Below, in pieces: positions 1-10,630 of a DNA stretch of 64,000 nt. Position 1 is the stretch's first letter. Every line of letters begins with the position of its first letter. A model generated the notes under the pieces. It was not told the origin of the DNA. It did no database searches and saw nothing but the letters and a program-made list of their open reading frames with translations. Position numbers and translations under genes: made by a program. This stretch comes from a bacterium (GTDB lineage Bacteria; Zixibacteria; MSB-5A5; GN15; FEB-12), in contig JBDRES010000069.1 of assembly GCA_043819515.1 (NCBI GenBank), positions 35,722-99,721 of the forward strand. Direction: 5' to 3'.

Positions 1-4
1 TTTC

Positions 5-2134
5 GTGAATATCCCTCCGGAGGGAGAGCAGTTCTCTCGCAATCCGGTAGTCTATTGGGTCGGCACCGATCGCGATGGACTCATTTCGGCGTTCTTTTAT
101 CATGTCGCCACCGCGGCCGAGATTGGCGTCGGCGTAGATCCCATGAGCTATGCTCAGTCATTGCCAGAGAGCGACTGGATCAGGCTCGATGTCGACCCGA
201 AAGGTCCCGATCCGCAAACTACGAATGTGGTCTCGATGTCGGCTAACCTGACGGATCCGGTGCGCAGCTTCGTGGATCAGTATGTATTCCTGAAAGCGAT
301 CGACGAACAAGACTTGGAGTCGGACATCATCTATAGGCTTTTCTCGCGCAACGATAACCCGCCAAACACCGAAATTTGGCCGGTGGCCCGGCCGTCCATT
401 GATTCGGACACCACCGTTGGCGGTATTGTGACCGGTGTGCGGCTCAAGTTCAGTGCCAGTGATCCCATCGACTACCCGGCTGACCCGCCGCCGTTCGAGT
501 TCCAATGGCGTCTCTACGGCCCTTACTCTGAGGCCGAGCTAGCCACTCTGAACAGCGATTATTTCACCTCGGTCTGCGTTACGGCCGACGGGATCGTGTA
601 TCAGTTGGGCGAAGACATCATTCGGTGCGACACCGCCTTCACCGATTCTGGTATCGTTCAAACCTGCGATACCCTCAGGTGCGCAGAAGGGATGGTAATC
701 CCGGAGCATCTGGCCCACTTCGTCATGGTTGAGGATTACTTCGCGGTTGAAGATCTTCCCGAGGAGCTCCTTCGGTTTGGCGACATCTCTTACGATGGTG
801 ACCAGACACAGTGGATGCCGGATTGCGGTCGCGGAGCCAGCGCCTATAAGTGTCTGGCCAAGGATAATCTGGATACATGGTTTACCGATACCATGGAAGC
901 CACCTGGGTTATTCAGACCTCGGAAGTAATGGAAGACACCGTCTTCAATGTCTATTGGGACTATGAATCGGATACGACGCTGGCCATGAACTATGTTTTC
1001 TGGGTTCGTAGTCGCGACGACGCCAAGGTCCCCGATCTGGTACCCGAATACCGAACTTTCTCCGTCATTAGCCCTCAGTACGAGCGAGATGTGCTGGTTC
1101 TCGACTTTCAGGTGTCTTGGCTGCCTTGGAACCAGCCGGACACATCGGATGGCTTCAGGGTCAAGGGTTATTGGAAAGATGCGCTTGAAGCCTGGGCCGC
1201 TCAGGAACCACGTCTGGATGGGATCGTATTTGACACGACTACTTTGAACATAGGTCATTGGCAGGGCCGGAATAGTGCGGCCGACTACATCAGGGCCGCA
1301 ATGTATGACGCCGGACCCCCTATCGCGGAACTGCTCAAGCACAAGGTAGTGATTCTCTACAATGACTGCTTAACGCCGGTACAGGCGCCGCTTATGCAGA
1401 CGGTTTGGACGGCTATCGACGCCGGGGTCAACGCTTGGGCAACTTGGCGGGCGCCCGCCGTTGGTGGTGCCTCTAATCCCCCCTTGCTGGCTGTAGTTCC
1501 GCCGAGGGAGTACAATTTCTATTTTGGCGTGGAACGCACCGCTTGGTCTGGCTGGTTCTGCTTTGCCGGTCCGCCCGGACTTGGTAACTGCACGCCGGCC
1601 GGGTTTTACCAGGATTTTGTGGGCACTCTGTCCAAGTATCCAGAGACTTGGCCGAACCTGACTATCGACCCCGATCTTCTACGTGAACGGTACAACTGGA
1701 TGGCCGCCTCCTTTGACTTGTGGGAGAACGAGCTCGGCGTCGGCGTTGTTCAGAACCCCGGCCTCCCGGAAGTGAACTGGAGCCAATTGCGGGCCGGTAC
1801 AAAAGCAATCTACAAGTACAAGTCCTCTTATGGCGAGAGCCATCCGCTGGGGGCTGCCTTCAAGTTCCAGGGCAGGCCGGTGGGACACATTTATTACACC
1901 AGCCTCTTCAAGACCGCTTACTTCAATTTCACGCCGTTAGCGATGGAACCAGAAGCAATGCAGAAGGTCACCAACAATGTTCTGACTTGGCTCTATTTTG
2001 ATGGTGAGCCGCTGCCGCTTGATCCGGGGGAAGCTTCCCTCGAGCCGGTTGAAATCACTATTGAACAGGCCAGGGAAAACGTCCGCGCTCGCGAGGCTGA
2101 ATACGGCGATGACTGGGATCGGTTGTTGCACTAA
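5..2134 (+). CDS. Hypothetical W/Y/D-rich protein (possibly 5'-truncated; frame open to window edge)
   Basis: 709-aa ORF with GTG start at 5, and the same frame is open upstream to position 2. No motif I recognise. Rich in Trp/Tyr/Asp/Pro, which is typical of secreted carbohydrate-binding or beta-propeller proteins. Confidence 0.45.
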   Translation: MNIPPEGEQFSRNPVVYWVGTDRDGLISAFFYHVATAAEIGVGVDPMSYAQSLPESDWIRLDVDPKGPDPQTTNVVSMSANLTDPVRSFVDQYVFLKAIDEQDLESDIIYRLFSRNDNPPNTEIWPVARPSIDSDTTVGGIVTGVRLKFSASDPIDYPADPPPFEFQWRLYGPYSEAELATLNSDYFTSVCVTADGIVYQLGEDIIRCDTAFTDSGIVQTCDTLRCAEGMVIPEHLAHFVMVEDYFAVEDLPEELLRFGDISYDGDQTQWMPDCGRGASAYKCLAKDNLDTWFTDTMEATWVIQTSEVMEDTVFNVYWDYESDTTLAMNYVFWVRSRDDAKVPDLVPEYRTFSVISPQYERDVLVLDFQVSWLPWNQPDTSDGFRVKGYWKDALEAWAAQEPRLDGIVFDTTTLNIGHWQGRNSAADYIRAAMYDAGPPIAELLKHKVVILYNDCLTPVQAPLMQTVWTAIDAGVNAWATWRAPAVGGASNPPLLAVVPPREYNFYFGVERTAWSGWFCFAGPPGLGNCTPAGFYQDFVGTLSKYPETWPNLTIDPDLLRERYNWMAASFDLWENELGVGVVQNPGLPEVNWSQLRAGTKAIYKYKSSYGESHPLGAAFKFQGRPVGHIYYTSLFKTAYFNFTPLAMEPEAMQKVTNNVLTWLYFDGEPLPLDPGEASLEPVEITIEQARENVRAREAEYGDDWDRLLH

Positions 2135-2158
2135 TCTGACCTGAAACGATGTAAATCA

Positions 2159-2192
2159 GAAGCGAGTCGGCTGTGGTCGGCTCGCTTTTCTT
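2159..2192. terminator. Putative rho-independent terminator between convergent genes
   Basis: GAAGCGAG...CTCGCTTT stem with a 14-nt loop, followed by a TTTCTT run. Confidence 0.35.
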
Positions 2193-2273
2193 ATGCCATT
2201 CGCATGAGGGGAAACGAAGGCCGGTCTGGACATTCAGCACGACGGGCACTCGAAGCCCTTGAGCCGGACTTGC

Positions 2274-4448
2274 CTACTTCGGCCCTGAGCCGAGCCGACG
2301 CACCAAAGGATCGTTGGGGAAGCGGAGTTTGATCACCTGCACCAAAGAATCGGCTTGATAGAGACTGCCCTGCTGTGCCAGAGCCGAAACGAGGTTGATC
2401 CAGGCTCCGACCAGAGTGCTGTCGTAGGCAATTGCGGTCTCGCTTAGAAGCGCCGCCCGCGCGAATTCCCCATCAAGGCCGAGCAAGTAGCCCAACTGAT
2501 GATGGGCCTTGGCCAGCTCTGTACGCCATGCAGCCGTGCTATGTCGGAACTCAGTTTCAAAAGCGGCATCGTCGGTCTCAATCGGAGGTCTCTGAGCGAC
2601 GATAGCTTTTCGCAGCAGTTGCCTGGCCCTCGGGCGATCACCGCGCTCGCTCAAGATCACGGCCGCTTCGTTAAGCAAGTATAGGTCGTTGTCGGTGTTA
2701 GCTAGTGCGCTGTCGATTAGCCCGGCCATCGCCGCGTTGCTGAGATCGGCTGAGGCCGCTGCTCTCAAAAGGACCTGATTGGCCAGTCTATCATACGGAA
2801 CTCTCTGCACCGCCTGACGGGCCAGAGTCAGCGCCTCATTCGGGTTACCCGATAACAAGGCCATGGAAGCCAGATTGATGTAGGTCCGATGTCGGTCCGG
2901 GTGAAGCCTGAGTTCCTCCTCGAGATAAAACGACGCCGAGTCTGTCTGCCCGGACCGGAGGTAGCAGGCAGCCAGATTCAGGTTGGTCTCGGCAAAATCA
3001 GGCCGCACCTCGCGAGCTCCCCTAAAGAAACGAATGGCTTGCTCGTAGTCTCCGGTATTGTAATAAAACAGACCTTTCGAGATGAGCCCCATCGAGCTAC
3101 TACCGGCCGGAAGCGGAACCAGGGGAGCCGCCGAAAACAGCCAGCCCAGAATGACCACTGCGGCAATCATCCAGGTCGATCTGTGTCTTGAGACAATGCG
3201 GCCCGCAAGCACATTTGCCCCGCCGGCGGCCAGCACGATCCAGAAGGGAAGAACCGGCAGGCGAAAGCGGCTGCTAAAGAAAAAGGCTGCAATCAAGGCT
3301 GTATTCACCGCTATCAGCAAGGTCAGCCAGCGAGTGCCGGGGGATTGTCGCCATGTCCAGATCATTCCAACCATGGCAAAGGCAAACACAACTGCAAAAG
3401 AAATCGGTATCATACCGAGTATCCACACCTGCGAAAAGAACTGTCCCAGATGCCTATTGTTCGATACTTCGTCGTTGGATACCGTATGGTATAGCTTTTT
3501 TAAGTACAGTACGGCGGCGCTAGTCGGTTCAGTCACTATCCAATCGGCCGCCCGGTCAAGCCAGAAATCCGACACTTCTCCCGGTTTTAACTGCCGCCCT
3601 GATTCCTTCTCGGCGACATGCGTGACATCGGCGATGCGCCAATTGTGTCCCAGGGGTTCCGGCAGGCAGGCTGCGATACCGTCGGCACCCTGATGATTGC
3701 CGATGAAGAAATTCACTCCTCCCTGAGAGGCGATCAGCACCGCGTCCCCGACCACGACCAGGTTCCTGATGGAAATTGGAGCCACCAGAATGACCAGCCC
3801 CAGGACTACAGGAGCAAGCGTCGTTCTCAGGTAGTCGACCTGGCGATATCTAAGCAGGATCAGCACGACCGCAAGAACAGCAATCACCGGCAGGGCCGTC
3901 GGCCTGGTGATTGATGCCAGACCAAAGAGGAGTCCGCACCCGAGCGCTGCTCGGCCTCCGGGCTTGGCAATCAGGCGCAACCAAGCCAGGACACTCAGTT
4001 GCATGAGCAGTGTAAAGAGCGAATCGAGCAGAATCTCACCCTCAAAGTACAGCACCGCCGGATAGAACGATTGGATAATGGCGGCTGTCAGGCCGGTACG
4101 GTGATTGAAGATGCGGCGAGCAATGAAATAGGTCGTTGCTACTGACGCCAAGCCCAACAGCATTCCGATTACTCTCAGTGCCCACAAATCAACGCCAAAA
4201 ACAGATATCAAGCCGGCCAGATACCAAATGTAAAACGGGGCTCGGAAATAGGTTGTATCTCCCAGTAGGTCACCCTCGGCGATCCGTTCGGCCCAGTGCA
4301 AATGGAAATAGTTGTCGACAGTCAATTGGTGCCAATCGGGCATTCCGGAGTAGATCAGCAGATACACGACACGGATTGCCAGAGCTAACAGCAGAACCAG
4401 CCCCAAGGCCGCGGCCCGGCGCCGCAAACTGTCATACGGTGAAGTCAT
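2274..4448 (-). CDS. Glycosyltransferase family 39 (ArnT/PMT-like) polytopic membrane protein with C-terminal TPR repeats
   Basis: N-terminal about 450 aa with about 11 hydrophobic helices in the pattern of dolichyl-phosphate-mannose / 4-amino-arabinose transferases. C-terminal about 250 aa of TPR-like repeats (EALTLARQAV..., YYNTGDYEQAIRFF...). Confidence 0.55.
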   Translation of the reverse strand: MTSPYDSLRRRAAALGLVLLLALAIRVVYLLIYSGMPDWHQLTVDNYFHLHWAERIAEGDLLGDTTYFRAPFYIWYLAGLISVFGVDLWALRVIGMLLGLASVATTYFIARRIFNHRTGLTAAIIQSFYPAVLYFEGEILLDSLFTLLMQLSVLAWLRLIAKPGGRAALGCGLLFGLASITRPTALPVIAVLAVVLILLRYRQVDYLRTTLAPVVLGLVILVAPISIRNLVVVGDAVLIASQGGVNFFIGNHQGADGIAACLPEPLGHNWRIADVTHVAEKESGRQLKPGEVSDFWLDRAADWIVTEPTSAAVLYLKKLYHTVSNDEVSNNRHLGQFFSQVWILGMIPISFAVVFAFAMVGMIWTWRQSPGTRWLTLLIAVNTALIAAFFFSSRFRLPVLPFWIVLAAGGANVLAGRIVSRHRSTWMIAAVVILGWLFSAAPLVPLPAGSSSMGLISKGLFYYNTGDYEQAIRFFRGAREVRPDFAETNLNLAACYLRSGQTDSASFYLEEELRLHPDRHRTYINLASMALLSGNPNEALTLARQAVQRVPYDRLANQVLLRAAASADLSNAAMAGLIDSALANTDNDLYLLNEAAVILSERGDRPRARQLLRKAIVAQRPPIETDDAAFETEFRHSTAAWRTELAKAHHQLGYLLGLDGEFARAALLSETAIAYDSTLVGAWINLVSALAQQGSLYQADSLVQVIKLRFPNDPLVRRLGSGPK

Positions 4449-4739
4449 CAGTACAATATATGTGTCTGAGATGCAGTGTGTTCTGAAAAAGATTGCGATC
4501 TTTAGGCAATACAGAGGTCAACCCTCCCAGGATTTGCTCATTGCGCAAACCCAGCGCTTTCCTCGGCTACACTCGCCCTCTCCGGGCCACCCAGTTAAGT
4601 GATTCGTAATAAACGTGTTAAGCTGCGCGCTGCACCATTCGGCGCAAAACGTTTCACAGGCGCCGCCGGTCGTCACGCTTGGCGACAGCGGCACGACCTT
4701 TGCTCAAGGTCAAGTGAAGATAGTCCAAGGAGAGTTGGC

Positions 4740-7652
4740 TTGAAGGCATATCATAACATCATATCAACTGCAGCCTTGTTTGTCATCGCACTGACAATTG
4801 CTCCCGCCGTTGCCATGGCCGGGATGCTCTCTCCCGGACTTGATTACCGGCTGGATCAGACTACCGACCTTTCCGGTGACGATTTGGTAGCGGTGGTGGT
4901 GTTTTTGGAGCATGACCTGCCGGTGGCCGTTTCTGCCATCAAGGGAGATCCGCGGGTACGTCGAGACCAGCGCCTTAAGCTGGTCAGTTCCAGTTTGCGC
5001 CGACGTGCATTGCCCGCCGCCCCGGCTGTTTACCGATTTCTTTCGGACTGCGCCGACGGAGCCGTGAATCGGCACTGGTTGGTACCGGCTTTTTCGGCGA
5101 CCATTCCCTTGAGTAAGGTGAGCGAGCTGGCGTACATGAGCGGTGTCCGACTGGTGGTCGAGGATGCCCAGTTGACTTTTGACCAGCCCATTCAGATCAG
5201 CAAGGCTCCGGCGATGGTGTCGGCCTCGGATCCATCACCCCTGGACATTCTGAACGTCCGCCCGCTCTGGAATCAGGGCATTACCGGCCTGGGTCGGCTG
5301 GTGTGCTCTTTCGATACCGGTGTCGAGGGCGACCATCCTGCGCTGGCCCGGAAGTGGCGGGGAAATCAATCCGATTTGCAGGCTGCCTGGTTTTCCAAAG
5401 TGAGCCCCGAAGCCGGGCCCATCGACCGCTCCGGACACGGCACCCACACCATGGGTATCATGGTCGGATCGGACGGCGCTGATACTGTCGGCGTGGCTCC
5501 CGGTGCCCAGTGGATATCGGCCGGCGTTATTGATCAGGGCCGACCGCTGCAAACCACTCTCAGCGACATAATCGATGCCTTCCAATGGACTCTGAACCCT
5601 GATGGCGATACGGCCACTACCAGCGATGTCCCCGACGTTATCTCAAACAGCTGGGGGGTTCCCAAAGGTTTGTTCAGCCCCTGCGACAATACTTTTGCGA
5701 CGATAATTGAAGCCGTCGAAGCGGCCGGCATCGTGGTGATTTTTGCTGCCGGCAATGAGGGGCCGGATCCCATGACCATGCGGAGCCCGGCCGACCTGGC
5801 TACGACGACGCTCAGCGCCTTCGCCGTCGGCGCCGTCGGCTACGATCGCCAAATAGCGAATTTCTCCAGCCGCGGTCCCAGTTCTTGTGATCCGACCGAA
5901 ATCAAGCCCGAGGTCGTTGCCCCGGGTGTGCAGATACGGTCCTGCTACAAAGACGGCAGCTATGCTTACCTACAGGGGACTTCGCAAGCGGCACCGTTTA
6001 TTGCCGGCTTGGTGGCCCTGATGCGGCAGTACAACCCCGATGCCACTGTCGAGCAGATTAAAGCGGCCCTGATCAGCGCCGCCGTCGATCTTGGTGAGCC
6101 CGGCGAGGACAATGCCTACGGCTACGGTCTGGTCGACGCCGCTCGTCTGGTGGACTACTTGCCGACCCCGGGTGTCCCCGATTTTGAGCTGATCCGCACG
6201 GAAATGTCGGGTGACGGCCTGGCCCAGCCGGGAGAGACCATCAGTCTCCATTTCGTTTTGGCCAATGCCTCCGGTAATGCGCCTACGGTGATCGGGCACC
6301 TCAAGCTCCAGGACGGCACGGCCGCCACGATTCTTAATCCGGAGACCGGCTTCTTTTTCGGCAACGGCGGTACGCTGGCGATGAATTTCGAGCCCTTTCA
6401 GATAGCTCTGAGCTCGGACTTGTACAATGGAGAAGAAGTCTCCATGGTCCTTTCACTGAGTTCCACCACGGGCGAAGTGTGGGAGCAGCTGGCTTACACG
6501 CTGACAATCGGTATCTCTCCGGAGGGTTCTCTCACAACCCATCAGACGGCGCGGGTTGAATTCTCGGTTTCGGACTTCGGCCAGTATGGCTTGGGCCCCA
6601 ATTCGATTTACAATGCCGGTGGCGCCGGCCTTTCGTACGATGGCGGCTCCAACCTGCTTTATGAGGCGGGTATCGTGGTGGCCAGAAATCCCCTGCAGTT
6701 GTCCTCATCTTTGCGCGACAGCCTGGGCCGCTTCCGGCCGTCCGATTTTAGAGCCGTCGAATCCTCCCAGGAGTTCTTTCAGGACGGCTATGGGTCTGCT
6801 CATTCCTCGGCCGATCTTACCGATGCTTACTCCCAGATCCCGATACCCGTCACTGTGAGCCAGGATGTTAGCACTTTCGACGGTGTTGATGGCGTCGTCC
6901 TCATGCAGTTTCACCTGAACAATTCCTCCGTTGAGCCTGTCCGCGATCTGCGTTTTGGATTTATGGCCGATTTTGATTTGAGCGCTGGCGCTGATCGGTT
7001 CGTCTATGACAGTGAGACAGGGATGCTGGCCCAGAGCAGTCCTGCCGGACCATGGATCGGCCTGGTGCCACTGGACGGCCTGAGTTCTATTCACACTATG
7101 CTCAATGGGCCGTCCAAGACGGGTTTCAGCGGCGAGGAATTGTACAGCCTGCTTAGCGGCGAGACTTCCGCGCCGGTCGATACTATGACCGGTGATATCA
7201 TGTTCCTTTTCGGCAGCATTGAGTTTGATTTGGAGCCCGGGCAGTCACAAGCGCTGGCCCTGGCTTTGGTTGTCGCCCAGGATAGCGCCGGTTTGATTGA
7301 TGAAGCCGGTCGGGCTAAGGAGTTGTTTGATATGGCCACCGACGTAGACGTTGAGGCTGCTGAGGCGGTGCCGCAGGTTTTCACATTGGAACAAAACTAT
7401 CCCAATCCATTCAATCCGACGACCGCTATTTCGTTCGCTCTATCGGCGAGTACTGAGGTGGAGCTCGAAGTCTATAATACTCTGGGACAACGGGTCATCA
7501 GCCTATACCAAGGTTCCCTTGGAGCCGGCCATCATGAGATTGTCTGGAACGGCGATGATGCCTCCGGGCAAGCCGTGGCCTCAGGCATATATTTCTACCG
7601 GCTGGCGACCTCTACCAGTGCACAGACCAGAAAAATGTTGCTGTTGAAATGA
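4740..7652 (+). CDS. Subtilisin-like serine peptidase (S8) with T9SS C-terminal sorting domain
   Basis: Catalytic triad motifs in D-H-S order: SFDTGVEGDHPA, GHGTHTMG, GTSQAAPFIAGL. C-terminus FTLEQNYPNPFNPTTAISF...GIYFYRLATSTSAQTRKMLLLK is a typical Por/T9SS CTD. Start moved to TTG 4740 (RBS AAGGAGAG at 4726-4733), which gives the signal peptide MKAYHNIISTAALFVIALTIAPAVAMA. The track ORF starts at 4599. Confidence 0.85.
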   Translation: MKAYHNIISTAALFVIALTIAPAVAMAGMLSPGLDYRLDQTTDLSGDDLVAVVVFLEHDLPVAVSAIKGDPRVRRDQRLKLVSSSLRRRALPAAPAVYRFLSDCADGAVNRHWLVPAFSATIPLSKVSELAYMSGVRLVVEDAQLTFDQPIQISKAPAMVSASDPSPLDILNVRPLWNQGITGLGRLVCSFDTGVEGDHPALARKWRGNQSDLQAAWFSKVSPEAGPIDRSGHGTHTMGIMVGSDGADTVGVAPGAQWISAGVIDQGRPLQTTLSDIIDAFQWTLNPDGDTATTSDVPDVISNSWGVPKGLFSPCDNTFATIIEAVEAAGIVVIFAAGNEGPDPMTMRSPADLATTTLSAFAVGAVGYDRQIANFSSRGPSSCDPTEIKPEVVAPGVQIRSCYKDGSYAYLQGTSQAAPFIAGLVALMRQYNPDATVEQIKAALISAAVDLGEPGEDNAYGYGLVDAARLVDYLPTPGVPDFELIRTEMSGDGLAQPGETISLHFVLANASGNAPTVIGHLKLQDGTAATILNPETGFFFGNGGTLAMNFEPFQIALSSDLYNGEEVSMVLSLSSTTGEVWEQLAYTLTIGISPEGSLTTHQTARVEFSVSDFGQYGLGPNSIYNAGGAGLSYDGGSNLLYEAGIVVARNPLQLSSSLRDSLGRFRPSDFRAVESSQEFFQDGYGSAHSSADLTDAYSQIPIPVTVSQDVSTFDGVDGVVLMQFHLNNSSVEPVRDLRFGFMADFDLSAGADRFVYDSETGMLAQSSPAGPWIGLVPLDGLSSIHTMLNGPSKTGFSGEELYSLLSGETSAPVDTMTGDIMFLFGSIEFDLEPGQSQALALALVVAQDSAGLIDEAGRAKELFDMATDVDVEAAEAVPQVFTLEQNYPNPFNPTTAISFALSASTEVELEVYNTLGQRVISLYQGSLGAGHHEIVWNGDDASGQAVASGIYFYRLATSTSAQTRKMLLLK

Positions 7653-7729
7653 CGGCTGCAGTGATATATTGGTGCGAAACCAATCTGTGCCTTTTGTGTT
7701 AGATATAGAAAATAGAGGCGATTGAGGAT

Positions 7730-10492
7730 ATGATCATAGTGAAGAAAAGAACGATTTGGTTAGTGTTGCTTTTGGGGACAGTATTGGTGTCCTCTTCGAT
7801 ACTGGCGGTATCGCCCACCAAAGAGGCGATCGAAAAATGGAAGGCCGAGGGTGTCTGGGAACAGAAGGTGGCCAACTGGAAGGCTTTCAAAGCTGCCGGC
7901 GGCTGCTCACCAGAAGAGCACACGCCTCTGGATCGGGCCAAGCGGAAAGAACGTCTGGCCTTGGGTGAGGAAGTTGTCGATACCGTCAATGTAATCGTAC
8001 TCCTGGCTGAATTCAGCGATAATCCGGCCGGCAGCCAGCCAAATCAATTCGACTCGATCCTGTTTTCCCAGGACAAGCTGAATCCGACCGGTTCCATGAC
8101 CGAATTCTACATGGAAAACTCTTACGGCACTTTCTTCATTAAGGGCGACATCTACGGTTGGTACATGATGCCTGAGCCTTACGATTACTACGTAGGCGTA
8201 GACGACGGCATGACCAACGGCAGATATGTCGTAAGTCATGCCGCTGTCCAGGCCGAGCTGGCCGGGGTTGATTTCTCCAAGTACGATAACAACCATGACG
8301 GTTGGTGCGATGGCTTGATTGTCGTTCACGCCGGGCCTGGTGCTGAGTCCGGAGCCTATGGGATATGGTCACACAAGGGCAACCTGAGTGGATCAATCGT
8401 GTATGACGGTGTAACGCTCAGCGGCTACACCATGAATCCGGAGAAACAGGGTGGCTCGTTGAGCAATATGGGCGTCTTTGCGCACGAATACGGCCATTTT
8501 ATTGGGCTGCCCGATCTCTACGATGTCGACTATTCACCGGCCTCGTCAGAGGGCGTAGGCGACTGGAGCATAATGGCCACCGGTAGTTGGAATGGCGGCG
8601 GCGCCAGACCGGCGCACTTTGATGCCTGGTGCAAACGCGATGTTGGTTTCGCCGTGCCGGTCGACATTCCGTTCAACATGGATAGCGTCGAGATTCCCTG
8701 CGTCGAATATAATCCCGTCGTTTACCAGCTCAAGAACACGGCGGCAGCCCCCAGCGAATACTGGCTGGTGGAGAATCGTCAGCAGGTTGGTTTTGATGCC
8801 GGTTTGCCTGGAAACGGCCTGCTCATCTATCATATCGATGTGGGAGCCTGGGGCAACACTGATCCCAATCGCTATATGGTGGCCGTGGAGCAGGCGGATG
8901 GCCGCAACGATCTGGCCTGGACCAATAACAACCAGGGTGATGGCGGTGATCCCTTTCCGGGTGCCAGCAATAATCGAGCTTTCAATGATCGCAGCAATCC
9001 CAGTTCCAAGGCTAATGTGTATGGCCCCAGTAATGGCGTTACCACCGCTATCGGCGTTTGGGACATCACTGATTCCGATTCCATCATGTGGGCCGATCTC
9101 GATGTGTCGTACTCACGGCCGTGGGTGGAGCTGTCCGATGATATGCCGGTTACATTTGATGATTCCGAGTATGGCGATGGTGATGGCCGCCTCGAAGCGG
9201 GGGAGACGGTCGATTTTTACTGTTGGGTGAAGAATTACATGAAGGCGGGGTACCACGCCCACCTCAGTGTTTCGTGCAATAATCCGGCGGTCAGTTTTGG
9301 ACAGAACGATGTCATGTTTGCAGAAATGATGGTCTCTCACAATGTCGGCAACGCTTCGCCCGACAGCCTGCCCATCGAGATCATCTTGGCCAACGAGTTT
9401 GATCCCACCATTGATACGCTGTGGCTGACGATTACCTCGGATGCCCTTCAAGGAGTACCCGGGACTCAGGATTTTCAGTCGTTGATCCCACTGGAGGTTG
9501 CCCTCGGTGGTCCTCAGGTTTTGTTGGTGGACGATGAAGCCAGCGCCGCCGATGACTACGATCTCGTCTATACCCGAGCTTTTTACGACTTGCGCGTGCC
9601 CTTTGAAGTGTGGTCGACCGCTGATTCCGGATCGCCAACTGCCGCAGATTTGTCTCAATACCAGATGGTGTTCTGGCACACCGGCGATGTCGAGGCGGGC
9701 GCTATCGAAGCCGGCGATGTGGCGGCCATGCGAGAATACATGGACGGTCACGGCAACCTTCTTCTTTCTACATTGGGTGGCATTCAAGACATAGTGAGTA
9801 TAGATCACGACTTCATGCGCAACTACTTCGGCGCCGAGGCTGTTGGTACGGACAGTCTCGTTCCGGGGATTTTTGGAGTGACCGGCAGTGATATCGGCCA
9901 CGGGTTGTCAGTGAGGTATGACTCTTGGGTGGCACCAATACCGTCGGATCATTTGCAGACGATTAACGGTGGTCAGGCTGCTTTCTATCAGATGGTTTCG
10001 CCTCAATTCATCGTTGGCGTTTCCTTTGCGGATTCTCTGGCGCATTCCGCGGTGCTGTTGTCGTTCCCGCTCGGGTACTTGGGAGACTACGGTGACCCAT
10101 GGAAGCCCCCAGTTTTCCTGATTGAAAGAGTGGTCGACTTTTTCGGAATGAGCAGTGGCTCGCCCACCGATGTCGGCGAAACTCAGGCCTCTGTCTTGCC
10201 GCGTGGTTTCGAACTGGGGCAAAACTATCCCAACCCGTTCAATCCGGTTACTACAATATCGTATACCATCAGACCAACATCCGGGCGGCCGCCGCAGACG
10301 ACTTTGTCCATATTCAACATGCTGGGCCAGCGGGTACGCGTTCTGGTCGACGAACCGCAGTTACCCGGCGTCTATACTGTGACCTGGAACGGCACCGCCG
10401 ATGATGGCCAAGCGGTGGCAACGGGGGTGTATTTCTATCGCCTGAGCCGCGGCGGGGATGCCACCACGCGAAAGATGGTTCTTCTGAAGTAA
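7730..10492 (+). CDS. M6 (immune inhibitor A-like) zinc metallopeptidase with T9SS C-terminal sorting domain
   Basis: Signal peptide, then HEYGHFIGLPDLYD (the HExxHxxGxxD motif of the M6 family). C-terminus LGQNYPNPFNPVTTISYT...GVYFYRLSRGGDATTRKMVLLK is paralogous to the CTD of the upstream S8 protease. Confidence 0.8.
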   Translation: MIIVKKRTIWLVLLLGTVLVSSSILAVSPTKEAIEKWKAEGVWEQKVANWKAFKAAGGCSPEEHTPLDRAKRKERLALGEEVVDTVNVIVLLAEFSDNPAGSQPNQFDSILFSQDKLNPTGSMTEFYMENSYGTFFIKGDIYGWYMMPEPYDYYVGVDDGMTNGRYVVSHAAVQAELAGVDFSKYDNNHDGWCDGLIVVHAGPGAESGAYGIWSHKGNLSGSIVYDGVTLSGYTMNPEKQGGSLSNMGVFAHEYGHFIGLPDLYDVDYSPASSEGVGDWSIMATGSWNGGGARPAHFDAWCKRDVGFAVPVDIPFNMDSVEIPCVEYNPVVYQLKNTAAAPSEYWLVENRQQVGFDAGLPGNGLLIYHIDVGAWGNTDPNRYMVAVEQADGRNDLAWTNNNQGDGGDPFPGASNNRAFNDRSNPSSKANVYGPSNGVTTAIGVWDITDSDSIMWADLDVSYSRPWVELSDDMPVTFDDSEYGDGDGRLEAGETVDFYCWVKNYMKAGYHAHLSVSCNNPAVSFGQNDVMFAEMMVSHNVGNASPDSLPIEIILANEFDPTIDTLWLTITSDALQGVPGTQDFQSLIPLEVALGGPQVLLVDDEASAADDYDLVYTRAFYDLRVPFEVWSTADSGSPTAADLSQYQMVFWHTGDVEAGAIEAGDVAAMREYMDGHGNLLLSTLGGIQDIVSIDHDFMRNYFGAEAVGTDSLVPGIFGVTGSDIGHGLSVRYDSWVAPIPSDHLQTINGGQAAFYQMVSPQFIVGVSFADSLAHSAVLLSFPLGYLGDYGDPWKPPVFLIERVVDFFGMSSGSPTDVGETQASVLPRGFELGQNYPNPFNPVTTISYTIRPTSGRPPQTTLSIFNMLGQRVRVLVDEPQLPGVYTVTWNGTADDGQAVATGVYFYRLSRGGDATTRKMVLLK

Positions 10493-10630
10493 TTGCAGAA
10501 GTCATATCGATCTCATATATGGCCGCTCACTCGATTGGGCGGCTATAATCTTTTGTATCAACAACTTACGAGAGCCAATCATCTTTGTGGTTGTTGTCGA
10601 TATCACTTGACCTTCACTGCCGACAATTGT

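Noticed and set aside
539-1342. Many long antisense or overlapping ORFs in the six-frame track (e.g. 539-1342 -, 9113-9901 -, 8592-9230 +, 21450-22013 +, 22236-22832 +, 23518-24330 +, 33526-34230 -, 35437-36171 -, 36202-36711 -, 55567-56472 +, 57322-58155 +, 61352-62446 -)
   Set aside because: Each lies inside and antisense to (or out of frame with) a longer ORF that has clear family motifs. High GC suppresses stop codons on all frames, and their products are Arg/Gly/Pro-rich low-complexity sequences typical of spurious high-GC ORFs.
4599-4739. Upstream ATG start for the S8 protease
   Set aside because: It would add a 47-aa Arg-rich leader before the signal peptide. TTG 4740 with a consensus RBS gives a canonical Sec signal.
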